Source: the human T2T-CHM13v2.0 reference genome, Homo sapiens
Direction: 5' to 3' (one strand)
Assembly: GCF_009914755.1 (NCBI RefSeq)
Contig: NC_060931.1
Length of the DNA stretch: 64,000 nt
Translations under genes and position numbers: made by a program
The notes under the pieces: generated by a model
Seen by the model: the letters and a program-made list of their open reading frames with translations, nothing else
The model's database searches: none
What the model was told of the DNA's origin: nothing
Shown here: piece after piece, positions 34,827-50,264 of the stretch
How positions within the stretch are numbered: the stretch's first letter is position 1
Layout: every line of letters begins with the position of its first letter

Positions 34827-36339
34827 TGTCAATATATATTAAAAATATATACTCAGCACTTTGAATAAATCATCCCATTCTTACCTGGCCTGTAAGGCTG
34901 CTACTGAGAAATCTGCTGTTAGTCTGATGGAGGTTTCCTTATATCTGACTTAATGCATTTTTCCTTGCATTGTCTTTTCTCTGTCTTTGACTTTTGACAG
35001 TTAGATAATAGTGAGGCTTGGAGAAGGCATTTTTGGGTTGAACCTGTATAGAAAATTTTGAATTTCCTGTATAGGAAATTTTGAATTTCCTGTATTTGGA
35101 TGTCCATACCTCTCCTATGATTTTGGAGATTTTCAGTTATTATTTAATTTGTTTTTCCTATCTCTTCTCCTGTGGAACTCCCATAATGGAAACACTTTTT
35201 CACTTAATGGTGTCCCGTATGTCCTGTAGGTTTTTTTCATTCTTTTTTCTTATCTAACTGGATTATTTCAAAAGATCTGTCTTGAAGTTCAGAAGTTATT
35301 TCTTCTTGATCTAGTCTATTGCTGAAGCCCTCAATTGTATTTTTTCTTTCAGTGCCAGGAGTTCCATTTCATTCCTTTTCATGATAACTTTTTGTTAAAT
35401 TTCTCATTCAAATTATGAATTCTTTTCCTGCTTCTGTTGAATCATCCGTGTTCTGTTAAATCTTGCTGAGTTTCCTTAAGATGATTGTTTTGAATTCCTT
35501 TCCAGGCATTTTATAGATTTCTTTTTCTTTGAAGTCAGTTACTAGAGGATTATTGTGTTCCTTTGAAGATATTCTGTTTCCTTGCTTTTTCAGGTTTCTT
35601 GTGTCCCTATGTTGATATCTGCACATCTGGTGGAACAGCCACTTCTTCCAACTTTAATGGAGTAGCTTTTGTAAGGAAAGATTTTTCCTGTAGATGTGTC
35701 CAGTGGTGTCAATTGGGTAAGGTACTTTGCCTTTGGTTCTGGGTAGCCATAGTAGTATAGTCTTCATTTGATTTCTTCAACCATAATCAGTGTCAGTGGT
35801 GTCTGTGAGTGCCCGGGTGGCCTAGGCTGCAGTTGTTTGTGAAAGCTATAGGATGGCTGTGTTGGGAGCAGGGATGCTGGACAGGCCAGTCCTCAGGCCC
35901 TGCAGTGGGTATGTGCAGGTATCTGGTGACTCCACCTTTGGAGGGGGCAGGGTCACTAGTGAGGCCAGCAGTGGGTCCCAGTCAAGCAGCTCTCAGGTTC
36001 TGGGGAGCAAGTGCATCAGCTTCCACTGTCCTGGAGGCAATCTCCTCTCTGTGCCGGACTGCCTATGCCTTCAAGTGCACACTGATGCTCAGGTGCCAGA
36101 GTCATGGCTGCACTGCTGGGTCCAGCTGGTGTTGTAATGCCGCAGTCTTCTGTGTAGATGTGGAGGACTGTAAGTGGGGTCCCAGGGATGTGGTGATGTG
36201 GGGGCTATTGGGACTCAGGGCAAGATGCACTCAGATGGTGGCTCTGTTCTCACATTGATGACATGCTGTGGTGTCCTGGGAGTGGGGGACCCAGTGTGAA
36301 TTTCCTAAAAAGGAATATTAAAGGAAAGGAGATGACATC

Positions 36340-36460
36340 ATTAATTCAACAAGTATTTATTGAGCTCCTGCTATATAGCAAGCCCTGAAAATACAACAAG
36401 GAATATAATAGATAAAGTCATTGCCACCATTAAATTAACATTCTACTTGGAAAAGACACG
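36340..36460 (-). mobile_element. L2 3' end
   Basis: ATTCAACAAGTATTTATTGAGCTCCTGCTAT. Confidence 0.75.
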
Positions 36461-36474
36461 TAATGTATAAGTCA

Positions 36475-36790
36475 GGCCGAACACGGTAGCTCATGCCTGT
36501 AATCCCAGCACTTTGGAGGCCACGGCAGGCAGATCACCTGAGAGAGCTTGACCCTAGCCTGGCCGACATGGTGAAACCACGTTTCTACTAAAAATACCAA
36601 AATTAGCTGGGTGAGGTGACACATGCCTACAGTCCCAGCTACTCGAGAGGCTTGAACCCAAGAGGATCACTTGAACCCAGGAGGCAGAGGTTGCAGTGAG
36701 CCAGGATTGTGCCACTACACTCCAGCCTGGGTGACAGAGTAAGAGTCCATCTCTAAAATAAATAAATTAATTAAATAAAAATATTTTTAA
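36475..36790 (+). mobile_element. Alu (AluS-like, diverged)
   Basis: Full dimer with duplicated CTTGAACCCA. Confidence 0.93.
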
Positions 36791-36812
36791 AAAAATTAAA
36801 GAAAAAAAATAG

Positions 36813-37110
36813 GGCCAGGAGCAGTGGCTCATGCCTACAATCCCAGCACTTTGGGAGGCCGAGGCAGGCAGATTGCTTGAGCTCAGGAGTTCAAGACTAG
36901 TCTGGGCAACATAGCAAAATCCCGCCTTTATAAAAAAAAAAAAAAATTAGCTGGGTGTGCTGGCGTGAACCTGTAGTCCCAGCAACTCAGGAAGCTGAGA
37001 TGGGAGGATTGCTTGAGCCTAGGAAGAAGGGTTGCAGTAAGCTGAGACCGTGCCACTGCACTCCAGCCTGGGTGACAGTGAGACTCTGTCAAAAAAAAAA
37101 AAAAAAAAAA
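36813..37110 (+). mobile_element. Alu (AluJ)
   Basis: Full dimer. Confidence 0.95.
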
Positions 37111-37191
37111 GGCGTGTAATGTAAAAGTAAACAAATGCACACAGTAATTTCAGATAGCAAAAATTATTTTTAAAGCAATGAAATGAGATGT

Positions 37192-37647
37192 TGTCCTAGT
37201 CTGTTTTGTGTTGCTATGAAGGAATGCCCGAGTCTGGGTAATTTACAACTAAAAGAGGTTTATTTGGCTCATGGTTCTGCAGGCTGTACAAGAAGCATGG
37301 GTGCTAACATCTGGTCAGCTTCTGGTAAGAGCTTTTCTGTTGCATCAAAACATGGCAGAGAAGTTCCAGTGGGAAGCAGTCATGTGCAAAGAGGAGCCAA
37401 ACCTAAGGGATGTCCTGGCTTACAGCCCACTTTCATGAGAATTAATCCATTACCTCAAGAACCAATCCAGTTTCCCGAGAGCAAGAACTCAGTCACTATC
37501 ACAAGAACAGCACCAACCCATTCATGAAGGATCCATCCCCCTGACCCAGACATCTCCCACTAGGCTCCACCTCCCAACCACCACATGGGGGATTAATTTC
37601 AACATGCAATTTGGTGGAGACAAACAAACCACATTCAAACCATAGCA
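37192..37647 (-). mobile_element. MaLR solo LTR (MST family)
   Basis: TGTCCTAGTCTGTTTTGTGTTGCTAT...GGCTCATGGTTCTGCAGGCTGTACAAGAAGCATGG...CAAACCATAGCA. Confidence 0.9.
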
Positions 37648-38387
37648 GATAGTAAGATAAATAGTGACAGGAGAGGGTCTATTTTAGACTGGAATTAAAG
37701 TGGGGAAATGGAACTGATAAATAGGAAAGATTTTAGCCAAGAAAGAATTTGAATCATTCCAGTTAAACCCATTATGGTCCATCTACTTGCATTAAAGCTT
37801 CATGGTGTTGGGCATTATACCAGCCTATAGTCCAGTCATCTCTTGCTTAGACGGAGATAGGGGATTGAACAGGAGGCCAGGGGTTAGGCGGTGCTGTAGT
37901 GTAGGCAGCACTACAACTTGCTGAATAAGAAAATTGTAGGGGAATCAGAATGTCTGAAGGAGAATTCATTTTGGGGAGAAGTTGATTCATTCCGCTTGAA
38001 CTTGGTGGTTTTGGTGTATTCATGGGATAGCCAAATGGAAATGTCCAGCAGATCCCAAGGTCAAGCCTGAAAACTTCAGGTCTAGGAGCATCCTCAGCTC
38101 CTTCCTCTCCCTCTACCTCCTCACCCACATGGACACCCAGTGCTGTGGCAGCTCCCTCTTCTCAAGCCAACTGTGTCCTCAAGCTCCATCCCACTGCCAT
38201 GGCCTAAAAAGCGGCTTGGGATCCTCGCTGCCTGCATCTCGGCAGCTGCCACCTTCTCCGATGTCTCTTGGGGTGTGAGGCACACAGTAGATGCTTTATA
38301 AATGTTGGCTTTGTATGAAAGGAAATCAGAAAAGTATGAAAAGAGAGGAGTGTCAAGGTGCTGAATTAGGAGTTGGCAGCATTTTTA

Positions 38388-38457
38388 CTTATTTTTAATT
38401 TTGTTATATTATGAAAGTAAAAGAATAAAAGAATGGCTACTCCATCGGCAGAGCAGC
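38388..38457 (-). mobile_element. Short ERV1 LTR R-region fragment (LTR19-like) with A-rich tail and TSD
   Basis: GAAAGTAAAAGAATAAAAGAATGGCTACTCCATCGGCAGAGCAGCC; flanking CAGC(A/G)TTTTTA. Confidence 0.6.
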
Positions 38458-38817
38458 CAGCGTTTTTATTTTTATTTTTCTAGACTGGTAAGAAGAGGAG
38501 GCTGATGGGTTACCAAATGCAACCACAGTAAGGGCATCTTGGCACCTATGGGCCTAATGCCATGGTGTTCTGCTGTCTACAGAGAGGGATGGAGAACGTG
38601 GTGAGGATAAAGGGCAGCTTGGGGCTTTAAGGAGTGGAGCGTCAGCAAGTCCTCAGCAGCCCACACCCATGTTCTGGGGCCATGTTTTGGTTTAGGTTTA
38701 TACCCCATTCTCCTCTCCAACCTCACCACCTTCCTCATTATTTAACAATCATCTGCTGACCCTTAAATCACTAAGCAATTAGCGTGGTGTCAGGGAAAGT
38801 CATCGCTGAGTGAGCTG

Positions 38818-38897
38818 CAGCAGAGAAGGAGGAGATTGAGGCTCAGAGATTGAAAGTCACTTGTCCGAGGTCATACAGTGGGTTAGGAATGGCAGAT
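38818..38897 (-). mobile_element. MIR core
   Basis: TGAGGCTCAGAGA..AAGTCACTTGTCCGAGGTCATACAG. Confidence 0.75.
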
Positions 38898-39099
38898 GAC
38901 AGGGTAGGTTGTGGTTTTTTTTTTTTATCACATCATCCTGCTTCAAAATTTGAAACAGTTTTGACACCTCTGGGTGTGTCTAAGCACTTGCACTGCTAGC
39001 CCATCCCAGAATGGATCCCCTCCTTCCCTCCCTGTACCCCCTTCAGACAAGATTTACTGAAGTCAAGTGAACCTTGGTTCAACCTTGTTCGTAGGTTCT

Positions 39100-39600
39100 A
39101 AGTGGTCGTTTCATTTAAGACATTTAACTAAAAGCCCTTTCCATAGAACCAACTCCTGCAGGCGTGCTGCCAGCAATTAATGAAAGATGATAAAATAATA
39201 AAAGAAGTAATACATTAACTATATTATCCTTGCACATTTGGGCAGTCCTTTTCATTATATCCTCTTTATGGACATTCTCCAGCAACATTTGAAGAGCTAC
39301 TTTATTGCTGTTCTGCGACTGTTTGGGTTTCCAGACATTAACGGGCTCCTTAAACGCTAATGCTCTGCTGGCTCCCCGTCTCTATCGGGTGGGTTGGATG
39401 CAAATGCTCGGTGGGGTGCATTCCATCTGCACCTTTCCCTCTCTCTGCTTGGAGAGGCAGCTGGAAGAGAACTTGGGATGACAGATTTCATTTTTGGACT
39501 CTCAGCCTCTGAAAGAAATTGGTTTGTTAATTAAGAGAAATGATACAATTGGCCTCTCTCTGTAATTTGCTTAAAGAACAATTTGGTCTAGGAGCTGAGC
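39100..39600. promoter_or_regulatory. Candidate enhancer / conserved non-coding-like island
   Basis: Repeat-free; CAATTAATG, TTTATGG, ATGCAAAT, TTAATTAA, AACAAT. Confidence 0.45.
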
Positions 39601-40156
39601 GTCCCTGTGGGGACTTACGATTTCCAGGTCACAGTGTGTCGTGGGCATGACTGAGGTCTTTCCTGCCCTGAGCAGCAAAGCCCATGGGGACACCTGCGTG
39701 TCTGCCCCTCTCCTCTATGGAATCGGCCCTCCCCACCTTCCACCCCAGCTTTTACCAGATTCCCTAGCACCAGTGTCTGAAATTATAGTCCTACACGTTG
39801 CACCTGAGGCCTAAGCACTTCCTTACTAAAAGAACTCTAATTTTGGAGGAGGGGAAATATGCCTGACTAAAACGCCAACCTGCCAAAGACTCTTTGCAGC
39901 TGTGGGGGCCATGTCTCACCATTCTGACCGATGGGATGTGAGGTGAGGTATGGGCAGGATGTCTGGGACAGTTCAAGTGACCATGTGGCACAGCTCTGAC
40001 CAGCGAGACATGAATAGAAGTAGAGGTGCGATGTCTGGGAAGGTTCTGCTAGCCTGACACAGAGCGCACTCCTTCCTCCCCTTCCTTCCCTTCCCTTCTT
40101 TTCTCTGTCTGGAACCAGGGCAGGTGTAACTCCTGGATAGGCAGCCAGCCTGCATC

Positions 40157-40452
40157 TTTGTTTTTTGAGGCAGAGTCTCACTCTGTTGCCCAGTCTGGAG
40201 TGCAGTGGCACGATCCAAGCTCACTGCAGCCTTGCTCTCTCATGCTCAAGTGATCCTCCCACCTCAGCCTCCCTAGTAGCTGGGACTGCAGGCTCGCACC
40301 ACCACACCCGGCTACATTTTAAAATGTTTTGTTGAGACAGGATCTTGCTATGTTGCCTAGGCGGGTCTTGAACTCCTGGGCTCAGGCAATCTTCCTGCCT
40401 CAGCCTCCCAAAGTGCTGGGGTTACAGGTGTGAGCCACCGCCCCCAGCCCAG
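40157..40452 (-). mobile_element. Alu (AluJ)
   Basis: Full dimer. Confidence 0.95.
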
Positions 40453-41370
40453 CCTGCTCCTTGGAACCACCAAGTGACATCCATGAGGCTGGAAGCACCT
40501 TCACCAGGGAGGACGGAGCAGACAGACAGAAAGGGTGTGAGTCCCTGGCTGTATTTTTGAGCTGCTGCACCTGCCATGGGTTGCCAACATCAGAACTTCT
40601 TGTAATGTGATACGAAGGGGCTGCAGGTGCTGAAGCCACTGTTGGGAAAGCTTTCTGTTACTTGCAGGGGGTTGCAGTCCTCACGGGTACAGGATCTCAG
40701 GAGCGAGCATGGGGCTGGACCAGTGCAGTGGTCCCTCTATAAGCCTGGGGAGGACCGAGTGTTGGCCATGGTCTGCTCTGGCCAGAGCCAGCATCCTCTC
40801 CATTCCTTCTTCTGGCCTACGCTTGACTCTCATGCCTCCTCAACTCCTGTCCTGTCACCCTCATGCTGAGCTGTTTGGGCAACGACTCTGACCTCTGCAG
40901 CCCTGGCCTTCACCAGGACGAGGAGCCTCTCTCCTTCTCATTCCTGTGTTCCCACCTTGGCCGTGGCTTCCAGTCCTGACCGTGTTGATAAGGGGGGCCC
41001 CAGCCCTCACTTCTGCCTCCAGCAGACAGTGGCTCATCAGAGGCAGAGCCTGTGGCCTGAGTGGGCCGAGGGTAAGACAACAGTCCCGGAGGGCAGCAGT
41101 GCGTGTCCTGATGGCCAGAGCGCGGCCGCCTGACAAGGAACACACTCTGTAGCCTTCCTGTGTCTCCCTTCCTTCCCCAAATCCTCACTACAGGAACTTC
41201 ACTGGCTTTTTTTTATTTTTCCTAAGCCAAGGAAATGAGTGAGCCTGGAAAAAAAAAAAAAAGAGTACCTTGGGAAGAAAAGAGGGTGTTGGACTCATAC
41301 GACGGGACTCATTGGTGGTCTCATATGAGCACTGTGAGAATAGAAGAGTCACTAGTAACTCCCACACACG

Positions 41371-41684
41371 TTTTATTTTATTATTTTATTTTTTGAGAGA
41401 CAGAGTCTCACTTTGTCACCCAGGCTGGAGTGCAGTGGTGCAAAAATGGCTCACTGAAGGCTTGAACTCCTGGACTCAAGTGATCCTCCTGCCTCAGCCT
41501 CAGCCTCCCGAGTAGCTGGAACTACAGGCACGCATCACCATGCCTGGCTAATTTTTTAATATTTTGTAGAGATGGGTTCTCACTACATTGCCCAGGCTAG
41601 TCTGGAACTCCTGGGCTCAAGCAATCCTCCCACCTCGGCCTCCCAAGGGCTGGGATTACAGGTGTGAGCCACTGCACCTGGCCT
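41371..41684 (-). mobile_element. Alu (AluJ)
   Basis: Full dimer; TSD-like CTCCCAC..CGTTTTA. Confidence 0.95.
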
Positions 41685-42059
41685 CCCACCCGTTTTAGAA
41701 TTGTCTTTTGTCATTGTATTTTCCAGCTATTTTTTATCGAGAACCCAATGTTCCCTGCGTTGAGTTGCTGGTCCCTTTGCCTGGCTGGGTTCTGGGAAGC
41801 CCAGTGCCTTTGCCAGTGTGGTTCCAGAATCCCAGTGTCCGGGGCCAAAGCCTGACTGGTTTTCACTCCTTTCCTTAGAGGGAGATGCGAGGCCCGCCAG
41901 TCTCCGCCCCCGGCCGTCTTCAGTGTCCTGGGTGCCTCCTTTCTTCTGGTGGAACAAGAGCAAGCGCAGCAGGAGACGCTGGGGAGGGAGAGGCCCAGCC
42001 CACGCTGAGGTTGGGGACACCGAAGTCAGAGAGTCCTTGTCAGGCAAGCTTGGGGGCAG

Positions 42060-42430
42060 GGACGGGAAGCGAACCCACGAGGTGCAGAGAGCAGAGGGCT
42101 CCCCTAAATCCGAAGCTATCCCCTGCCCTCCCTTCCTCGCGTGGCTTCCCGGGCGCGCTCTGCCTGTCTGCGGGGACTCCAGGCGTCCTTGTGTTTTCAG
42201 CTCCCGGCTCTTGCCCGCGCGTGTGGCCCGGCTGGGCGCTCGGGCTTCCTCCTCCCAGGCCCGCGGCGGCTTCCCGTCCTCGCAGGCGCGATCTTACCCC
42301 GGCCGGACAGTTAGGACGCGGTTGTGCTGACCTGAGGCTTGGCCCTGACTCCCGTGCACAGCGCCCGAGCTCCAGAGGCGGGGGATCTGAACACTGGCCT
42401 GTGAACCCCGAGAAAACCCCCGGTTTGCAG
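42060..42430. promoter_or_regulatory. CpG island (no associated coding exon seen)
   Basis: About 35 CpG in ~365 bp at ~70% GC (manual estimate). Confidence 0.75.
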
Positions 42431-42739
42431 ACCAGGTGTCCTTGTAGAGGAGGGCTTTGAATGCTACAGAGATTTCATCTTCAAAGCTCTTGGCAATAAG
42501 GGGTTTTTAAACTCATGACCCCCTGCAGAGAGAACCGACTAAAGAATCTAGCGGGGCAAACACCCACCCATACGTTGCCAATAAGAAAAGGTCCTCACTT
42601 TTACAACGCTTCAGCTCTACTGAGCAGTGAGATTGATTTGCTCGCTAGTGAAAACACAACCGGGGCCTGTATTTCCCATATCTGTATTTTGTGAATGCTT
42701 TTTCTTAGTATCTTTTAAATTTCTTTTTCATTTTGAGCT

Positions 42740-43260
42740 CGGAAGAAACCCTCATAACCTTTCAATGTAGAGATCTCATATTATTCACTATGGAAATCAA
42801 ACAGCTTTGCCAGATTGGAACTGAAATGTCAATTAATTGTCAATTCTTCACATCAAGTAATTGATTAATTGGCACAATGTTAATCCCTAAATCAGTGGTA
42901 ATAAATTACTTGGTTTTTAGTCTTGACCTTCAAAGTGCTAAAGCTCTTCAAATTGCCACTGTCCCTGCGGGAAATGACTGATGAAGCTACTCTCCTCCCA
43001 TAATTCGTGTTGCTCCTAAACTTTCTACCTAATTGAGAATCACAGGAGTGCCTGGAAGCCGGTCTGCCAGAGAGCGCCAGCCTTGCCCAGACATCAGGTG
43101 GAAACTGGGCCACTGCCGGGCTGCAGTGACTTTCGGCTGATGATTTTTTTTTTCCTGCAAACCTAATCACTTTAATATCACATATAGTTAATTTAATAGG
43201 TGTCCTATTTATCACAAAATTTATGGCTAAACCACTGGGAAAGTGTTCTTTTCTCCTTTC
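42740..43260. promoter_or_regulatory. Candidate enhancer, dense homeodomain motif cluster
   Basis: TGTCAATTAATTGTCAATT, TAATTGATTAATTGGCA, TAATCC, TAATCA, TTTATGG. Confidence 0.55.
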
Positions 43261-43496
43261 TTCATTGGCCAGGCAGAACACGGAGTGAGTGGTGACTGTG
43301 TCTCCTGCAGTTTTTAACACCTGGTTTCCTCCTGTTACACCTTCACGTTTACACAGCCCATGTTCTCCTTGAGCAATGGCCGTGTGTCTTTAGATAAATG
43401 CCTTCAGCCTGACCCCAGATGGCTTCACTGGTTAACATTTTTATAGTCGGGGAAGCTTTGGGAATCGCTCTGGTACTCCCTTCTAAACATAGGCTT

Positions 43497-43938
<442 letters not shown>

Positions 43939-44301
43939 CTATTGCGTCCTCTGTCTTTCCTGATGAGGTACAACACATAACTAAAATGTCACCTCTCAGG
44001 GCTGCTTGTGAATCAAGTCCTCTTGAAGAAGTCCCACAGCTGTCCCCTTGATGCCCGGGAGCCGCTGATGGGCAGCCCTGGCCCCTCTCCGCATCACTGT
44101 GGCCTCTCGTGTCACACTGCTCCACGGGCACCGTCCACAGGCTGCCGTGGGACTGGAACATGAGCCCCTCCAGGCAGGGGCAGTTCCTTCGTCAACTTAT
44201 ACCCACCAGGGCCAACCATGAAGAAGAAGCTGCATTATTTAAGCAGGTTACTCAGCCATTTAGAATTTCTCTGTCTGATTCCTTTTGAATTAGTTGACAT
44301 A

Positions 44302-44906
<605 letters not shown>

Positions 44907-45269
44907 TTAGCTGACATATTTTAATGAAATTTGACTAACATAAGTGTCAAAATAAGCATAAGCACATCAATAGGTCCATCGACCTTGCTAACACAAAATG
45001 GTGGCCAAGTAACGCTTTTAAATATACACATCATCTGTAAACCCCAGCGGTCTCCTGAGAGTGTGGGTGCGCTTTCAACGTTAGATGAGATCTGCTTCCA
45101 TGGAGGGAAAGCTCTGCTATGTGACATGAGCCGCCACCAGCCATGCCAAGTGACCGCTTACTCCTTCAGCTCTAAGGCCAACCAGAAAGAGCTAGAATGA
45201 TCTTCCTCCTGTCTGCATCTGGGCGGTCTCAGGAGGTTGTTAAGTGAACATTGTCCAATGTCCAAACAC

Positions 45270-45430
45270 CCAGGTTCTCACCACCCGAGTGCCGGTCACT
45301 GTCTGTTTCTGAAAATTCACGCTCATCTCCCTGAGGGTGTCCCGTTAGCAAAATGAGGACAATGTTGCTTACCTCAGAGGGCTGTTTTTGAAAATTAGAC
45401 AGTATATGCAAACATGTTGATAAAATGTTG
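45270..45430 (+). mobile_element. MIR fragment
   Basis: GCAAAATGAGGACAATG..TACCTCAGAGGGCTGTTTTTGAAAATTA. Confidence 0.5.
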
Positions 45431-45980
45431 CATTATGGATACGTTAGGTAGAGTTGTGCTATTTCCATGTTTCTGGGAGTTCTGCTGGAATTCATGGCTT
45501 TCTCTTCTGGGAACCTGCAAGTGTGGAGCTGGGACGCCTGGAGCCCCGATACTACCTTGCAGCCCCCTAGAGGGGTCAGCTTGGTGGAATGGGTTTGGCC
45601 AGGTCACTGCATGATGAGGGTCACCTCCAGGCCTCTAAGGCACTGCTTCCCAGGCCAGACGACTTGACTGTGGACTCCAGCCCTCCCTGAATCCGATTCC
45701 AGGGGTCCAGGCAGGGAATGTGAAGAGGAAAGTGGGCTGGCTCCAAGAGAGCAGGATGGGAGGGAGAGAGAGCACATCAACCCCTTGCCCACGCAAAAAG
45801 ATGATCTTCAGTGTCAGCTTCACCTCAGTTGCACCCATCACAGGCATCCCATTGGGAGGTAGCTGGAGGCACAGCCTGGACTCCCAACACACTGGGCCTC
45901 TGGCCTGTAAGAGACACCGGAGGGACCCCCAAGTGCAAAGTACGAATCATGAGTGGATCTTGACATATTAAGAAGTCAAC

Positions 45981-46530
<550 letters not shown>

Positions 46531-47386
46531 GGCAAACACACAGCCATACCTACATATATATGTGTCCACACTGCCACACCTGAACCTACATGTATGTACT
46601 CATCCACACACTCACCCCTACACATATACAAATCCACTGATATGGTTTGAATCTGTGTCCCTTCCCAAATCTCATGCCAAATTGTAATCCCCAATGTTGG
46701 AGGAGGGGCCAGATGGAGGTGATTGGATCATGGGGGCAGATTTCTCCCTTGCTGCTGTTGTGATAATGAGTGAGTTCTCATGAGATCTGGTTGTTTAAGA
46801 GTGTGTAGCGCCTCTTCCTTTCCTCTATTCCTTCTTCTGCCAGGTAAGATGTGCCTCCTTCCCCTTCTGCCATGATTGTAAATTTCCTGAGGCCTCCCCA
46901 GCCATGCTTCCTGTACAGCCTGTGGAACTGTGACTCAATGAAACCTCTTTTTAAAATAAATTACCCAGTCTCAGGTAGTTATTTATAGCAATGCTAGAAT
47001 GAACTAATATAGAAAATTGGTACCAAGAAGTGGGGCATTGCTATAAAGATACCTGAAAGTGTGGAAGTGACTTTGGAACTGAGTAATGGGCAGAGGTTGA
47101 AACAGTTTGGAGGACTTAGAAGAAGACAGGAAGATGAAGGAAAGTTTGGAACTTCCTAGAGACTTATTAAATTGCTGTGACCAAAATGCTGATAGTGACC
47201 TGGACAATGAAGTCCAGGCTGAGGAGGTCTCAGATGAAGATCGGGAACTCATTGGGAATTGAAGTAAACATCAGTCCTGCTATGCTTTAGCAAAGAGATG
47301 GGAGGCATTGTGCCCCTGCTCTAGGGATCTGTGGAACTTTGAACTTGAGAGTGATGATTTAGAGTATCTGGCAGAAGAAATTTCTA

Positions 47387-47702
<316 letters not shown>

Positions 47703-47776
47703 ATTCTAAGCAGCAAAACATTCAAGATGTAGCCTGGCTGCTTCTAACAGCATATGGTCATATGCATGAGCGATGA

Positions 47777-48112
<336 letters not shown>

Positions 48113-49405
48113 TAAAAGGGAAGTACAGCATAATAATTTAGAAAATTTTCAGCCTGACCATGTGGTAGAAAGGAAAAACCCATTTTCTGGGGAGGAATTC
48201 AAGCCAGCTACAGAAATTTGCATAAGTAAAGGGAAGCCAAATGTTAATAGCCAAGACAATAGGGAAAATTCCCAGAAGGCATTTCAGAGACCTTCTCAGC
48301 AGCCCCTCCCATCACAGGCTTGGAGTCTTAGGAGGGAAGAATGGTTTCACAGACCAGGCCCAGGGCCCCACTGCCTTGCACAACCTTGGGACACTGCTCC
48401 CTGTGTCCCAAAAACTCCAGCTCCAGCTGTGGCTAAAAGAGACCCACAGATGTCTCAGGCTGCTGCTCAGAGGGTGCAAGCCACAAGCTATGATGGCTTC
48501 CACATGGTGTTAAGCCTGTGGGTTCCCAGAGGGCAAGAGTTGAGGCTTGGGAGCCTCCACCTAAATTTCAGAGGTTGTATGAAAAGGCCTGAATGTCCAA
48601 GCAGAAGTCCACTGCAGGGGCAGAGCCCTCATGGAGAACCTCTACTAGGGCAATGTGGGAGGGAAATGTGGGGTTGGAGCCCCTGTACAGAGTCGCCACT
48701 GAGGTACTGCTTAGTGTAGCGGTGAGAAGAGGACCACTGTCCTCCAGACCCCAGAATGGTAGATCCACTGACAGCTTGTACCATGTACCTGGAAAAACAG
48801 TAGGCAGTCAATACCAGCCACTGGGAGCAGCCGTGGGGGCTGTACCCTGCAGAGCCACAGGGGCAGAGTTGCCCAAGGCCTTGGGAGCCCACCCCTTGCA
48901 TCAATGTTGCCTGGATGTGAGACATGGAGGCAAAGGAGATTATTTTAAAGCTTTGAGACTTAATGACTACCCTGCTGGGTTTTGGACTTGCATGGGGCCT
49001 ATAGCCCCTTTGTTTTGACCAATTTCTTCCCTTTGGAATGGGAGTATTTAGCCAATGTCTGTATCCCCACTGTATCTTGGAAGTAACTAACTGGTTTTGA
49101 TTTCACAGTATTATAGGTAGAAGGAACTTGCCTTGTCTCAGAAGAGACTTTGGACTTTTGAGTTAATGCTGGAATGAGTTAAGACTTTGGAGGACTATTG
49201 GGAAGGCATGGTTATATTTTGAAATGTGAGGACATGAGATTTGAGAGGGGTCAGTGGCAGAATGATATGGTTTGGATTGTGTCTCTACTGAAATCTCATG
49301 TTGAATCATAATCCCCAATGTTGGAGATGGGACCTGGTGGGAGGTGATTGAATCACGTGGGCAGATTTCCCCCTTGCTGTTCTCATGATACTGAGTGAGT
49401 CCTCA

Positions 49406-49719
<314 letters not shown>

Positions 49720-49914
49720 GTATGTATCACCTCTCCCTTACTCCCCCTTTCTTCTCTTCCTCCTTCTCTGGCCATGTAAGATGTGCATTGTTCCCCTTCA
49801 CCTTCCAGCATGATTGTAAGTTTCCTGAGGCCTCTCCTCCCGTCCTGTACAGCCTGCAGAACTGTGAGTCAATTAAACTTCGTTTCTTTATAAATTACCC
49901 AGTCTCAAGTAGTT

Positions 49915-50256
<342 letters not shown>

Positions 50257-50264
50257 TAAATACA

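Noticed and set aside
41818-42460. 170- and 191-aa ORFs over the CpG island
   Set aside because: GC-rich, stop-poor DNA; Arg/Pro/Ala/Gly bias and no domain
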